In this document: positions 13,496-26,708 of the stretch, one piece after another | Layout of the letters: every line of letters begins with the position of its first letter | Position numbering within the stretch: the first letter of the stretch is position 1 | NCBI GenBank assembly: GCA_051294375.1 | Contig: CM119266.1 | Location: 578,837 to 642,836, forward strand | From: Paraspadella gotoi | Lineage: Eukaryota > Animalia > Chaetognatha | Length of the DNA: 64,000 bases | Direction: 5' to 3' | Notes under the pieces: generated by a model | The model's input: the letters and a program-made list of their open reading frames with translations, nothing else | Told to the model about the DNA's origin: nothing | The model's database searches: none | Translations under genes and position numbers: made by a program

Positions 13496-15446
13496 TTAAA
13501 TGGCATAATATTTCAAAAAAATGTTTCAATTATATAAAAAGGTCACTCCCTGAAGTATGAGATCGGGGAATACTATATATATACCGTACTATGCACTAGC
13601 ATTAAAACAGGAGCAGTTGCTAAATTTATGTATTAGAGCCACTGCTGAATTTGGTTATACTGGATTCCTAAGGTCGTATGGAATTAACCAAAATGGATAT
13701 TTGACAGTATTTTATGCTGTATATTATACAGTAGTACATTTTGATTGCGAAACTGGGACGTTGCATCGGACAAGGACAAGTCGAGGCGATGTCAAAGGCG
13801 ACGATGACATCGTGAGACGATTTTGCTTGCGGCGATGATAACTCCGTCGCAGATTTCGTGTCCCTCGCGTCTGTCAGATCCGTCTCGCCCTCCCGCGGCG
13901 AAAAGTCGAAAACAAAAAATCCCGTGACTCTTAACGCCGTTGTAAATCATTTCTCGCTTCTCGTCTTTTTTTGTTTTGGAGTTTTGTTAAAAAAACACAA
14001 TTAATGGGGCATTATTTATAAAATTATATCAAAATTAATCTCGTCGCTACGTCTAAATTAGATACGTATTAAATCTTAATCCCGCCGACAGAGAAAATCC
14101 CATTTTAAAAAGTTTAATTCATGCAGGGTAATCTCATTTCGAAGAGACGTAAAAACGCTCGGGCAATAGTAGTATACCTATTCTGTGTGCTTTCTCATCC
14201 GATTAGAATACTACATAATACATATGAATTTGATACCAACAATATATACATATTATTTAATATAATATCAGATATTATATTTCATACCATTATTTTAAAT
14301 AATTCTTTGAAGTTTAGATATATCTAATATTGTTTTGCCCTCAACATTCACCTTAAAAACCAACTAAAAATGCAATGAATTTTTTGTCCCCTGAAATTTC
14401 CAAATAAATCAACGATTAAAGATGAAGATTTATTTTTCCGCCTCTAATCTCTGAAATGACTTTGAAAGATACAGAAGAAGCTTTCTCGCTAAAAACATTA
14501 ACGGTTTAATTTTAACAAATTGAAAAAAAAATTCTTATTATAAATTAATAAAATATTACGTTGGATTCTCGGCTAATCAACTGAAACACCACGTTCATCC
14601 ACCACCGATGTCTTCGCGTGTCACTCGGCGCATAAGTCATTTTAAAAATTGCAATTCGATTTTTTAAAAAAACGCGAAGAATGGATATGAAACCAAAAAA
14701 AAATGGGGGATGGGGCTGAGGCTAAAATTAGCCCGTGTTGCTTCATGGTTGCGAAGCATTCGTCTCTAACGAGTCTCATTTTTCTCGCGCAAAAAGGATG
14801 AGTTGTCACTTTTGTCGATGCGCAACTTTTGTGAGTCTTTATCTTTTTTTTTTTGTGTCACTTTTTATGCTTTTATTTTGCGACTGTTTGACGTCGGCGG
14901 GAGAGAAAAGAGAAAGGCTCAGCTCAGATTTTAATCTTTCTGTGACACGAAAGACAAAAAATTGACAAACGCGGGACAAGGATCGAGGACAAAAAGAACA
15001 AACTAAAAGAAGCTCACGATGCCTTTGCGGGTGTCTGCTGTCTATGAATACAGTTCGATCGTCACTTAATAATGAGTCTCTCTGGTTCTTTGCGACATAA
15101 GGCAAGTTGCTTCATTATTTGCATATATATATACATATATTGTGAACAGCTCATTCGAGTTGCCACAATATATATATATATAATTTCAATTCGTATTTAC
15201 TTTTGAAAATAATCAGCTCGATCGAAATGGACAGATAAGTCAATAGAATTTATCATAATTACAAAATGATGGCCGAAAATAATTTACTTAACTCCAACCA
15301 TCCTTTTTTGAGCGTTTAAAAGGAATTAATTCAAATGTTTCACATTCTTTCAAATTTCTTTCCCGCTCTCATTTTGAAAAAAAACGTAACTTGACATTCG
15401 TCATTAGAATAACATTTTTTATAATATTTTTCATTATTAAATACAC

Positions 15447-15660
15447 GTGGATAAGTCGCTAAGAGGGGCTTTAACCCTATCTAGCAGCCATTGAACGGGT
15501 CCGAGGCTTGGAACCAGGCTTGAGGGTTTTCTACGCCCCCTAGGAGGCTTACGGCTGTCCTCAGTGGTTATGAGCTGATGGCTTTACTCAATGAGCCAGC
15601 GGGACACGACTGAAGGTATCATATTTATAGGCGGGGTGAACTTATGCAATGCCCGACTAC
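15447..15660 (+). mobile_element. MITE family B, 5'-truncated copy
   Basis: Similar to 38296-38668 and ends in the right TIR ...TAGGCGGGGTGAACTTATGCAATGCCCGACTAC. Confidence 0.7.
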
Positions 15661-15861
15661 ATACATTTACGAATTTAGAAATGATATATTTTCAGAATAT
15701 TATTTAAATACATTTTAAAACATGTTATAAGGTTCTTAGATAGGGTATTGCACAAAAATTTAAAAAATACAGATTTTCTTCATTCGATGGTTTTAAACCT
15801 TATATTAAGCCTAATGAAGTGTATTTTAATCGTTAATTTCAAGTTTGACTTTTAAAGATTT

Positions 15862-16585
15862 GATTTACGCCAACTGATTTACGTCAATTTGGAGTAACAT
15901 ATCTGTCTCCTTTCTGCTGTCAAGGATATTGAACAAAATTTTTTGAAAACGCTTTTTTTAATTAAAAATACATAGTAGTATTGGATTCAGATTTGATTTC
16001 TTTTTTTTTTTTACGTGTTTGTTGGCGCTGGTGGCGTAAAAAGTACGCCAAAATGTATTATTTCCTAGTTACATATGTGGCGTTAATGATTTTTCAAAAA
16101 AAATTTTTAAAATATATCATGTTAAATAAGTGTAAATGTTTATATTTAAATTTGGAAAAGAATTGTGGCGTAAAATGGCGTGAAATGAAGGTAAAACCGT
16201 TTAATATGATATCATGATGTGGCGTAAAGACTTTCCGATTATTTCCTAGTAAAAGCAATTCGGTTAAGTGGTTTTAAAGATTTATCCGGCCTTTTTTATA
16301 CAGATGTGGCGTAGAATGGCGTAAAATGAACAAAAAACGATATAAATATTATCTAATTCTGTGGCGTAAAGACTTTGTTTATTTTCTAGTAAAAACTACA
16401 CAGTTAAGTGATTTAAATATTTTTCCGGCCTTTTTTATACAGGTTTGGCGTAGAATGGCGTAAAATGAACAGAAAACCATATTAATATCATTTAATTTTG
16501 TGGCGTAAAAACTTTTTTTCATTTTCCAAATAAAGCTATTAAGTTAAGATGCTTTGGCATAGAATGGCGTAAATTGACGTAAAAC
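15862..16585. repeat. Foldback/MITE-like segment with many TGGCGTA(A/G)A motifs and a ~142-bp internal tandem unit
   Basis: TTTACGCCA/TTTACGTCAATT at the left faces TGGCGTAAATTGACGTAAA at the right. The unit TGTGGCGTAAAGACTTT...CCGGCCTTTTTTATACAG..TGGCGTAGAATGGCGTAAAATGAAC repeats about 2.5 times over 16217-16570. Confidence 0.55.
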
Positions 16586-17307
16586 TAAGACTTAGACAAG
16601 TTTTTGAGAAAATAAATACCAGTTCTACTTTTAATTAAATAATAAGCTCCTTCACGAACATTAATTTCGATTTGCAATTAGTTCACAACTTTCAATCCAG
16701 AAGCGACCTCTGCGTAAACGATTTTGCCTTTTACATTCTTACCTCCCTGATGACGACGACGACGAATCGGATTATAAATAACTCGGTTATATTCCGTACG
16801 TAAGCGTTTTTAATCTGCCGAAACTCGACGATTCCGACTAATCTACTCGGCTCACAATTATTTCCAGATTCCCCCTCCCCCTCTTTTTCTTTATCGCTTA
16901 TGGCGCCTCGTACGAGAGAAATAAACAGTCCTATCATATTCTCCCTCTCCCTCGCCCAAAAAACGACGGAGACTATGACACCTCGTTCTGGATTCCTTCC
17001 TCCGCGCGATTCGGCGCTCAACTTTATTGCGCAGCGCCGAGTGCGTCGTTGCCGGGAAATCTAGAGGCTCGCGCGGACGGGCCGTGGCGCAGAGAGAGAG
17101 AGAGGGAGACGCGCTCCGGACTCTGGTCCCGGAACCGGAAATCCGGATCCAGAGATTTCTCCGATTTTTTTTCCTTTTTCTTCGGAACGCTATTTTTTTT
17201 TCTGCAACGCAAAATGTTCACGTCGAAAAAAAATTTTGAAGAAGAAAAATTACAAATGTAACGAAGAAATTGTAGACTATATTCGTTCGTAAGTTCGTGT
17301 CGATTAT

Positions 17308-17403
17308 ATGAAATTGGTACAACCAATATAAAAATTATCCATTCATTTAATAAATAAGCTATCTTGCCCCTGACTTTGGACAGGCTTTGGTGGTTTAAGG
17401 CCT
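17308..17403 (+). repeat. Dispersed repeat family A, copy 3 (truncated)
   Basis: ATGAAATTGGTACAACCAATATAAAAATTATCC...GGTTTAAGGCCTC. Confidence 0.8.
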
Positions 17404-17667
17404 CGCAATATTTTTTTCCCTAAAATTGACGTAAGAGGAACTCTTTTATTTTTTTAAAACGAATTTCAACGAACACAAGAGCAGAAGTTACATCACACTA
17501 AACTGTCTCTTTCTCAAAATCTATTTAGCTTATTACAGACTATATGAGTATCTTGACAGATAGTAATTAAATTATTGACCTAAAGCCCTCATGTTCACCG
17601 AGTGGCCTTTGTTTTAATTCTCTGACATTTTGCAGTTTGACACCACGCAGGATTTCTTGTACTATCT

Positions 17668-17873
17668 GTAGATAAGGCGCTAAGTGGGCTGAAGATGACT
17701 ATCCGTAACTTCTAAAACCCCCTTTAGTAGCTATGGAACGGGTCCTGGGCTTTGAACCAGGCTTAAGGGTTCGCCACACCCCCAAGGCTGATGGCTTTAC
17801 TCAATGAGCCACCGGGTCAGGACTGAAGGAGTCATGTTTATAGGCGGGGTGAACCTAGGCAATGCCCGACTAC
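17668..17873 (+). mobile_element. MITE family B, 5'-truncated copy
   Basis: Runs GTAGATAAGGCGCTAAGTGGGCTGAAGATGAC... to TAGGCGGGGTGAACCTAGGCAATGCCCGACTAC, matching the full copy. Confidence 0.7.
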
Positions 17874-18646
17874 GTATCTTTTAATCTATTACAGGAACGG
17901 CGATTCCAATGTGTTGCGCCTCAGTGACTTAATTTTTGATCACATAACATGACATGACATGACAAAAAACTTTCTTGGCCCTTGCATTTATGGCATGCAC
18001 TGCATCGAAATTACGTCTTTTATTCCTTATAGTTTTAGGATTTCCTGAAGGCGGCGCAAGCAGTCACTAAGATTTGAGGTTTTTTCTAACAAGAGATATT
18101 TCACTATTTTATATTGACAAAAAGGTCGTTCATGCTCAATGTTTCTAATGAATGTTGTTGCTGTTATATGCTAAAATGTCTCGTACTTTTTTCTATCAAG
18201 TGAGGACGAACCGGATGACGATATCGATCCAATCTTGACTGCATAAAAAGTAGACAATAGGGATGACATCAATTCATTCTTTTTGTCACTCTCTGTCATT
18301 CTATAACCGAATGTTTTTATCAAAATTAAGAGGATATCGATTTAAGCAAAATATCGCTTATATTTAATCAATACATTAATACTGGTTGAACTTAAATAAT
18401 ACAATCATAATTAACAATTTCAATTTCATTCTTTGGAGTCATTGCACATTTCTGTATCCGTTTTCTTAAGGTTGAAAGTTGACTAACATGAAATTAATGT
18501 TGACAACGACGATCATCATTATTCATATCCTACCTCGAACAAAATTCATAATAGAGTTGATATCGAGGAAAAATCTTACCGAAATATTCCGCCTCAGAAG
18601 CCGAAAGGAAGGAGGTTCATCCTTCTTAAAAACCGACGCCGCGAAT

Positions 18647-18764
<118 letters not shown>

Positions 18765-18869
18765 TCTTTCTCTTTCACCTTCCTCTCTATCGCCTCGTAC
18801 CGCACACCACCCGGTTCCTCGGAACCCGATTTCTCCCGTCCCAAATGGCGCCTCGTCGCGGAATCGCGC

Positions 18870-19809
18870 GGTTCCCCCTCTCCCGCCCCCTCCTTCCGCT
18901 CCCACGGTCTCGGACGAGTCCTTGACGATTTTTTCATAGTCCTTCATCGTCATTGTTGTCTTCATCATCGTCTCTCTCTTCGTCGTCGTCGTCGTCGTCG
19001 TCTTAACCGGCGTTTCCCCGGTTCCTCAGTTCTGGGGTCTTTGTCGTCGTCGTGTTCATCGTCGCTGTCGACGTCATCCTCGGAGGCGGCGTCGTTTTCG
19101 TCGTCCTCGCCGTCGTACTCGTCGTCTTCATCGTCGTCGTCGTCGTCGTNNNNNNNNNNNNNNNNNNNNNNNNNNNNNNNNNNNNNNNNNNNNNNNNNNN
19201 NNNNNNNNNNNNNNNNNNNNNNNNNNNNNNNNNNNNNNNNNNNNNNNNNNNNNNNNNNNNNNNNNNNNNNNNNNNNNNNNNNNNNNNNNNNNNNNNNNNN
19301 NNNNNNNNNNNNNNNNNNNNNNNNNNNNNNNNNNNNNNNNNNNNNNNNNNNNNNNNNNNNNNNNNNNNNNNNNNNNNNNNNNNNNNNNNNNNNNNNNNNN
19401 NNNNNNNNNNNNNNNNNNNNNNNNNNNNNNNNNNNNNNNNNNNNNNNNNNNNNNNNNNNNNNNNNNNNNNNNNNNNNNNNNNNNNNNNNNNNNNNNNNNN
19501 NNNNNNNNNNNNNNNNNNNNNNNNNNNNNNNNNNNNNNNNNNNNNNNNNNNNNNNNTTCAAATTTATTTTCGACGTCATTTGTTTTTGTTTTCTCGATCC
19601 CTAGCGGGAAGAGGCGAGAAATAACGCCCTCTTCACGTTTCGCGAGGAGGTGCATCTTTGGACCGCAGGGACGACGACGACAACGACGACGACGACGACG
19701 ACGAAAGACTGTCTCGACGACAAAGCCAATGGGGGAAGCCATTGACTCTCGTGAATTAGGTTGAAACCGTCAGAGAGACGTGAGAGAGATAGACGAACCG
19801 ACGTGAGTT

Positions 19810-19845
<36 letters not shown>

Positions 19846-20305
19846 TTCCCCCTCTCCCGGCCCCCGTCCTTCCGCTCCCACGTTCTTCGAGTACGAGTCC
19901 TTGACGATTTTTTCATAGTCCTTTCATCGTCATTGTTGTCTTCATTCATCGTCTCTCTCTTCGTCGTTTCGTCGTTCGTCGTCGGTTTTAACCGGCGTTT
20001 TCCCGCGTTCCTCAGTTTGTGGTCTTTGTCGTCGTCGTGTTCATGCGTCTCTATGTCGACGTCATCCTCGGAGGCGGCGGTCGTTTTCGTTCGTCCCTCG
20101 CTCCGGTCGTACTTCGTCGTCTTCATCGTCGTCGCTCGTTTCGTCGTCTGGTCGTCGTCGTTCTTCATCGTCGTTCGTCGTCGTCGTCGTCGGTCCCGGA
20201 GGCGGTCTACTCGTCGCTGGTTCCTCCACTTCCTCCCTTCTCCTTTTTCTCTCTCGAGTTGTTCAGTATTTCTCCTGGCTAACTTTCTCTCTCTCTCCTC
20301 TCTCT

Positions 20306-20376
<71 letters not shown>

Positions 20377-20710
20377 GGTGAAATACAACACAAAAATAAA
20401 AATCTCGTGCCGTCTCTCAACTTTTTTTTTTTTTGCTTTCAAATTATTTCGACCGTTCATTTTGTTGTTTCGTTTTCTCGATCCCTAGCGGAAGAGGCGA
20501 GAAAATAACGCCTCTTCACGCTTTCGCGAGGAGGTGCATCTTTGACCGCAAGAGGGACGACGACGACAACGACGACGACGACGAAAGACTGTCTCGACGA
20601 CAAAGCCAATGGGGGAAGCCATTAGACTCTCGTGAATTAGGTTGAAACCGTCAGAGAGACGTGAGAGGAGATAGACGAACCGACTGAGTTAGAGAGAAAA
20701 AGAGAGAGAC
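18870..20710. repeat. Tandem duplication of a ~0.95-kb (GTC)n/(CT)n-rich segment; second copy is insertion-rich
   Basis: 18876-19149 plus 19557-19830 align with 19848-20710 (e.g. CGAGTCCTTGACGATTTTTTCATAGTCC; GACTGTCTCGACGACAAAGCCAATGGGGGAAGCC). The first copy contains an N gap. Confidence 0.8.
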
Positions 20711-21433
20711 GAGAGAGAGAGAGAGACGAGAGGAGGGACGAGAGAGAGACCTGGAGAGAGGAGAGAGATGAAGAAGAGAGAGAGAGAGAGAGCAGAGATA
20801 ACTGTGAAAGTAAGGGAAAGCAAATGCCCATATAGGAGACTAAACATTGAGCATGAAAAGAATGGAAATGAACTGGCGGTTTCCTTCCTATTGCTCTTCT
20901 CTCTCTCTCTCTCTGCTTCTCTCTCTCTCTCGTTCTTCTCTCTCTCTCTCTCTACTCTCTCTCTCTCTTCTCTCTCTTCTCATCTCTCTCTCTCTTCTGT
21001 CGACGTTGTAACGAAAAAAATGGAGCGTTAATTTTTCATTGGGAACNNNNNNNNNNNNNNNNNNNNNNNNNGACGTAATTTTTATCACTTTTCCGGCCGA
21101 TGAGGCGTAAACCGTCGTTGCCATGACGACTGCCGACACGTTACACTCGAAAACAAAAAAAAAACAAAAAAAAGGAACAAAATTCGTCTGTACTTTTCTC
21201 ACGTACAACCTACGCTGACGTAAACAATTTGCTTAATGTTTATTTCTCGGAAATCTCTTTGTTTAACAAACTATTATAAAAAAACCTTGTAACGTGATCA
21301 TCCTACTACAACTTTAGCATATTACTATCTATTTGAGAAAATTATCTGAAATAGTGAAGTCGCTATTAATATAAAAGGTTAGTTTTTTCTCCACCACTTT
21401 TTTTTCTCATGAGACGACTTTAAAAACTAAACA

Positions 21434-22045
21434 AAACAAGTTTGAGCAAAACAATGCCGGATCTGCCCACGATCATTAACCGTAATTAATTAATTCAAGT
21501 TAATTAAATAATTAGTCAATTAATTAATTAATTTGATCCGACATGTTAGTTTTAGTTTTTTTCGTCACTGACCACGACAAAAACAACTACGACGATGATG
21601 GCGACGATGACAATTATGCCGATAACGATTTATTGAATAATTAATCAATAATAATTAATTGACTAATTGATTAATTAACTGATTAATTATTTGATTAATT
21701 AATACATCTTGTATTTACATTTAATATAAAAAGAAAAAGAAGCATAATCAATTGGTGAAACAGGTTTTTTGTTTTTTCCATTTAAACTCATTTCCACTCG
21801 GACGATTCCATCGAAGCTTAATTAAACACTTTCTTACCAACATACAAAATTTCAAGTCATTCGCCCCATATAATTATGAGTAATTGGCTTTCAAAGCTAA
21901 GGGGAACGGACGGACGGACGGACGGACGGACGGACATCAATTTTGAATAATTTATTATAAATCAATGTTCTGATATGATTTAAGTGACTTACCGACAAGA
22001 TTGGGAGGGCGGACCGGCGGACCGACAAAGTGAATTAAAAAAAAC
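21434..22045 (-). mobile_element. Short relative of the HINE-like element
   Basis: Shares ACAAGTTTGAGCAAA(A)CAATG(C/T)CGGATCTGCC, TTTAAACTCATTTCCACTCGGACGATTCCATCGAA, a (GGAC)n tract and GGGCGGACCG with 52631-54897. It lacks the terminal hairpin. Confidence 0.65.
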
Positions 22046-22294
22046 TTACAATACAAGAGAGTTCTCTCGAAAATGTTAGACGGTAAACCGCTTTCTCTCG
22101 AAGCCAGACTGCCACCTCTCGACTTTCTTACGCATCAAAAGACAAATGAGCATCGACGACGTTCGACTTCGTTCGTCTTCGCGACATCTTGAAATACCAT
22201 CCACGCGACCAGAAATACGACTGACAGTCTCAGACATTCGGAGAAAGAAAAAAAGCTTTCCCTCTTTTTTTTTATAAAGTCGCGCCGAAAGGCC

Positions 22295-22308
22295 GTTGCC
22301 ATGGAAAC
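22295..22308. promoter_or_regulatory. RFX X-box-like palindrome
   Basis: GTTGCCATGGAAAC matches the X-box consensus. Weaker matches occur at 21117-21130 and 36586-36599. Confidence 0.35.
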
Positions 22309-23069
22309 GACCACGACGAAGACGCGAACGTCGATGATGACGCAAACGACGCCGATGACGATGACGTTTCTCCGACGTCGACAATGAATTTAATGACGTC
22401 GCAAGTTCTAAAAATATGAATATTAATTTTTTTTTGTACCCGAACGATATTCCGAATTTCCATCGCAAACCGTTAAGTTCTATAATTAGATGAAACGACG
22501 ACGACGACGACGACGACTTCGCTCTTCAACAGAGATACGAATGTTTTTTGTGGTTTTTTTTTCTCTAAAATTAAAAGGAATTAAAAAGTTTTTCTTGACG
22601 CGAAACTGAAACGCGTGAGTTCGTGACGGGAAGACGTCAAATCGACGTCGTTGTTGTTGCCTGTAGTTCTGGCGGTTGTGGTTGGTGCAAAATCATCCAT
22701 TTGGGGAAGAATTTATTGCACTTTTGCTTTTTATCACTGATTATCAGTCTGTTTGATTGTCTGTCTGATTGTCTGCCCGATTATCTGCTTGATTTACTGT
22801 ACGAATGTCACTTTCTAATTATAAAAAGCTAAAAAACATGCAACTTTAAAAATTGCTAGTTGATAATCTATAATTATTAACAATTAGGGTAATTATAATG
22901 GTAATTCTAATGATAATTATAATGATTATAATGATTATTATGATGATTGTTCTTTTGGTTTTAGTTCGACCACCGCGCCGCCTGGTATCGTTCGAGGTAA
23001 TAACCTGAAACCGTCGGCGCCGACGCGGCCGCCATCTTTCGACGTTCACTCGTGCGTCTAACGCGGCAT

Positions 23070-23155
23070 CTCATGGCGCCGCGCCTCGTGACGCCTTTTG
23101 TCACGTGACTGAAGCGTCTTCACGTGATCGCGAATCATCACGTGACCGCGTCACG
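23070..23155. promoter_or_regulatory. Cluster of three TCACGTGA (E-box/CLEAR-type) palindromes in a CpG-rich stretch
   Basis: GTCACGTGAC 23100-23109, TCACGTGA 23120-23127, TCACGTGAC 23138-23146. Confidence 0.45.
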
Positions 23156-23229
23156 GTCGACGAAGAGTCACGAAAAAAAACCCACACGTAACGACGTCGA
23201 CGCCGCCAAGCAAAACACAACAGAGTGAG

Positions 23230-23311
<82 letters not shown>

Positions 23312-23414
23312 TTCCTCTCTCTCTCCCTCTTTCACGGCGTCTAGAATTTTTCACGTTCCATTCCCATCGCCTTCCATTTTTTTTTTTCCATCGTTTTCTC
23401 GACTACGCCGACGA

Positions 23415-23467
<53 letters not shown>

Positions 23468-24954
23468 TGACTCTCGCGTTTGTTGTGACTCCACCTGAAG
23501 AACTTTTACTCCAGCTTTTTTTCCTTCTTTTATTTCCCTGTATATATGAAAATTTCAAAAATACTAGTTTCACTATTCAATCTTTATAATTAGAGATTTT
23601 AAAATATACTTTTTTAAAGTCTTACCGTTTTATTTATGTTTTTTGTTATATTATATACTTTTATATTATATTTTTAATTTTTTGGCGGGGGATGTTAGTG
23701 TTGTCTTTGGGAAATAGAGGGAGCATCTATAGAGAGGTTAGAATACCTTTTCCCCAGATTTCTAATAGACATCCTACATCCTACATCATTTCTGTTTGAA
23801 AGTATGTTCTTTTCCTTTTCTTACCTTTCTATTTTCTTGCTTTTCTATCCTTTCCTTTCTTTTTAATTCCTTTCCTTTTTCTTTCTTTTTCTTTATTTTC
23901 CTTTCTTTCCTTTTTCTTTATTTTTCTTCATTTTCCTTTCTTTCCTTTTTTCTTTCTTTCCTTTCCTTTCCTGTTCCTATTACATTTTCTTTTCTTTTAT
24001 TTTCTTATTTTCTTTCTTTTTTGTTTACTTCCCTCAGTTTATTTTTTTTTAATTTCATTTAGATGCTTTTCTTTCTTTTCAAGTTTTTTCTTTCTTTTGT
24101 TGATGTTTTTTAAAAATTTTTATGTCTCTTCATTATTTCTTTTCAATTCTTTTATTTTTTACATATATTCTATCATTATATGATCTTCTCTTTTCTTTTT
24201 TTTTATATATTTTTTCCATTTTTTTTTCTTTTCTCTTCTCTTCAGCTTTTTTCTTTCTATCACATATCTTTTGTCACATATAATTTTTTTTTCATTCCTG
24301 CAAAGTGCTCGACCGAGACTGACTGACTGCTGATGTGACTACGACTGTTTACAACGAGATCTCGATTGCGTAACATCCAAGGCTCTACGTTAAAAACCGA
24401 ATGTATAAAAAGAGATCATTCGCATACTAACAAGCTTCGTAGGAATTTCAATATATCTTATTAAAACTATTATTTTGTGCATAATATTTTTGTAAATTTC
24501 GCGTGAAAGTTTGTTTCACAGCCAAACTTTCTTTCTCCTTTTTTATCAATTTCTTTTCTTGTCTATTTTTAATTTTCGCAATTTTTTAGACTTCCCATTT
24601 TTCTATTTTTTCTCTTCCTTTTCGTCTCCATTTCCTGCTACTTCATTTTTTGTTCTTCATTGTCTATATCAAGAATCTCATCTCCTCAATTGCTCGTACA
24701 TTTTATATATATTTTTATGTATATTTTTATAAAATCAAAGTCTTACTTAACTTTTCTTTTTTTTCTTCTTTATATTTTTTTACCTTGTTTTCCGCCTATT
24801 TTAATTTTCCCCTTTTTCCCTCCTCTTTGTGTTTTCTCTCGTTCCTCTCTTTTTTTATTGTCTAACCTATCTTTTCTCTTTTTGCTCGACATCAACGGAA
24901 GCGATTCAGGTGGGAGGCATTTTTTTTCTCTCTTCTCATCTCTCCTCTCTTCTG

Positions 24955-24985
<31 letters not shown>

Positions 24986-25679
24986 GTTTTTATTTTCATT
25001 TTATTATTTTTTTCTCCCAGCAGATTAAAACAACAAAAAACATCGTCTGCTGTCGATTTGAGAATCAGGTAAACTGTATGACCAATGAGAGCACCAGGAA
25101 GGAACGTATACGAAGCCGGAATCAGTCCCTTCGTCGTCCATGACCGAATTCTCAAAGAGCGTCGAAGCGAGCGGGAAAAATTGAATAGATAATAAAAAAA
25201 AAAGAGAAAGAATAATAAATTCATATCTGGCGAATTCCAGAATCGGAACCGCGATTTCAACGCATTTATCTTCGACCCGTCACGAATCGCGTCACGGAAT
25301 CCAGCGACAAAAGGGATTACGCCATGAAAAAAAAGCGCGTTGCGCCACGAGTATAGCGTCAATAGTTACGTCACGTCTTCTCCCTCACGTCACACTTTAA
25401 ATCGAGGAAATCCTCCGCAAGAATGAACGCCAAATTACCCGACGACGTCTAACAATAACTATAACAATAATAAACCGTAAACAAACAAACAAACAAACAA
25501 ACTACAGCAACAACAGCAACAACAACAACGCCAATTTCCCCAGAGTCGTCAACCAAACATTTTTTTTCTGCAAAAGCAAACGAATCAAAAAAAATTATAT
25601 TACTTTATGATATTTAAAAGTCGATAGTACTACACATAGTAAACATTTGCCCCTTTGTTGTTCAAGAGACCAGAAAACA

Positions 25680-26250
25680 ATGTTTCGGTGTGCCTTGAAT
25701 TCCGGCGCCGTTTCGACGCCTATCGACGCCGCTCGATCGTTCCCGGCGTTGTCCTCGTTATCTTCAATCGCGTCGGTTCTTCGTAAAAGTCTCCAAGCCG
25801 ACATTTTCGCCGACAATAACGCCGTCGCCGCCGACATTTTCGCCGACAATAACGCCGTCGCCGCCGACATTTTCGAAGACTTAAACCCCGCTGGAGCCCA
25901 CGCCAAATGCGAGAACGAGGCCGACCCAGGCAAAGCAGATGACGCCGGTGACGTCTCCATTTCCCGGCGTCGCCTCGCGCCTCCGAAAACCACAGAATTC
26001 AGCGCCATCTTCGTCGAAGACGATGCCAACACCGCCGGTGACAACAGCGCCGCGAACGTCACTTCCTATGGAGCCACAGTTGACGATTCCAACGACATTC
26101 CCGACGACATGAGCGACGATTCTGGGGATGACGGCGGCGGTGCTGGCGGCGCTAGCGGTAGGGGCGCTGACGATCGCGGCGCCATCGACGTCTCTTTGGG
26201 TTCAGATGCGACGCCGTCGGTCGCGTGTGGCCGCCTCGTCTCTCCCTCGC
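25680..26250 (+). other. GC-rich acidic open reading frame of unknown nature (possible exon or orphan gene)
   Basis: About 190 codons open, rich in Ala/Asp, codons often ending in C, with an in-frame 30-bp duplication (ADIFADNNAVA). No recognisable domain; the rest of the listed ORF is CT microsatellite. Confidence 0.25.
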
Positions 26251-26609
26251 ATTTCCTATCTTCCTCTCAACTCACCCAACTCCCCTTTCCCTTCTCTTCC
26301 TCTCTATTTTTCCTTCTCTTTTCCTATCTCCACTTTTATCTTTACTCTCTCTTTACCATCATCTCTTCTCTCTCATCCGTACCCTCTCTCCCCACTCCTT
26401 TCTCTCTCTCTTCCCACGCTCCCTACTCGTCCCATCGCTCCCCCGGCTTGACTCCAGCGACCCCCCGCGGGCGACTACCCCGCTCTCCTTCCCGCTCCAC
26501 TGGACTCAGCTGGAGTTTTTTATTGGATTTACTCGCGCTTTTTTCTCTGGCGACGACGACGACGACGACGATGGCAAAACCGACTCACACATGTAAGTTT
26601 GTTTCCCCG

Positions 26610-26708
<99 letters not shown>

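Noticed and set aside
18965-19149. Asp/Glu-rich minus-strand ORF fragment
   Set aside because: Mostly (GAC)n-derived, interrupted by a gap and frameshifted in its duplicate, so it cannot be supported as coding.
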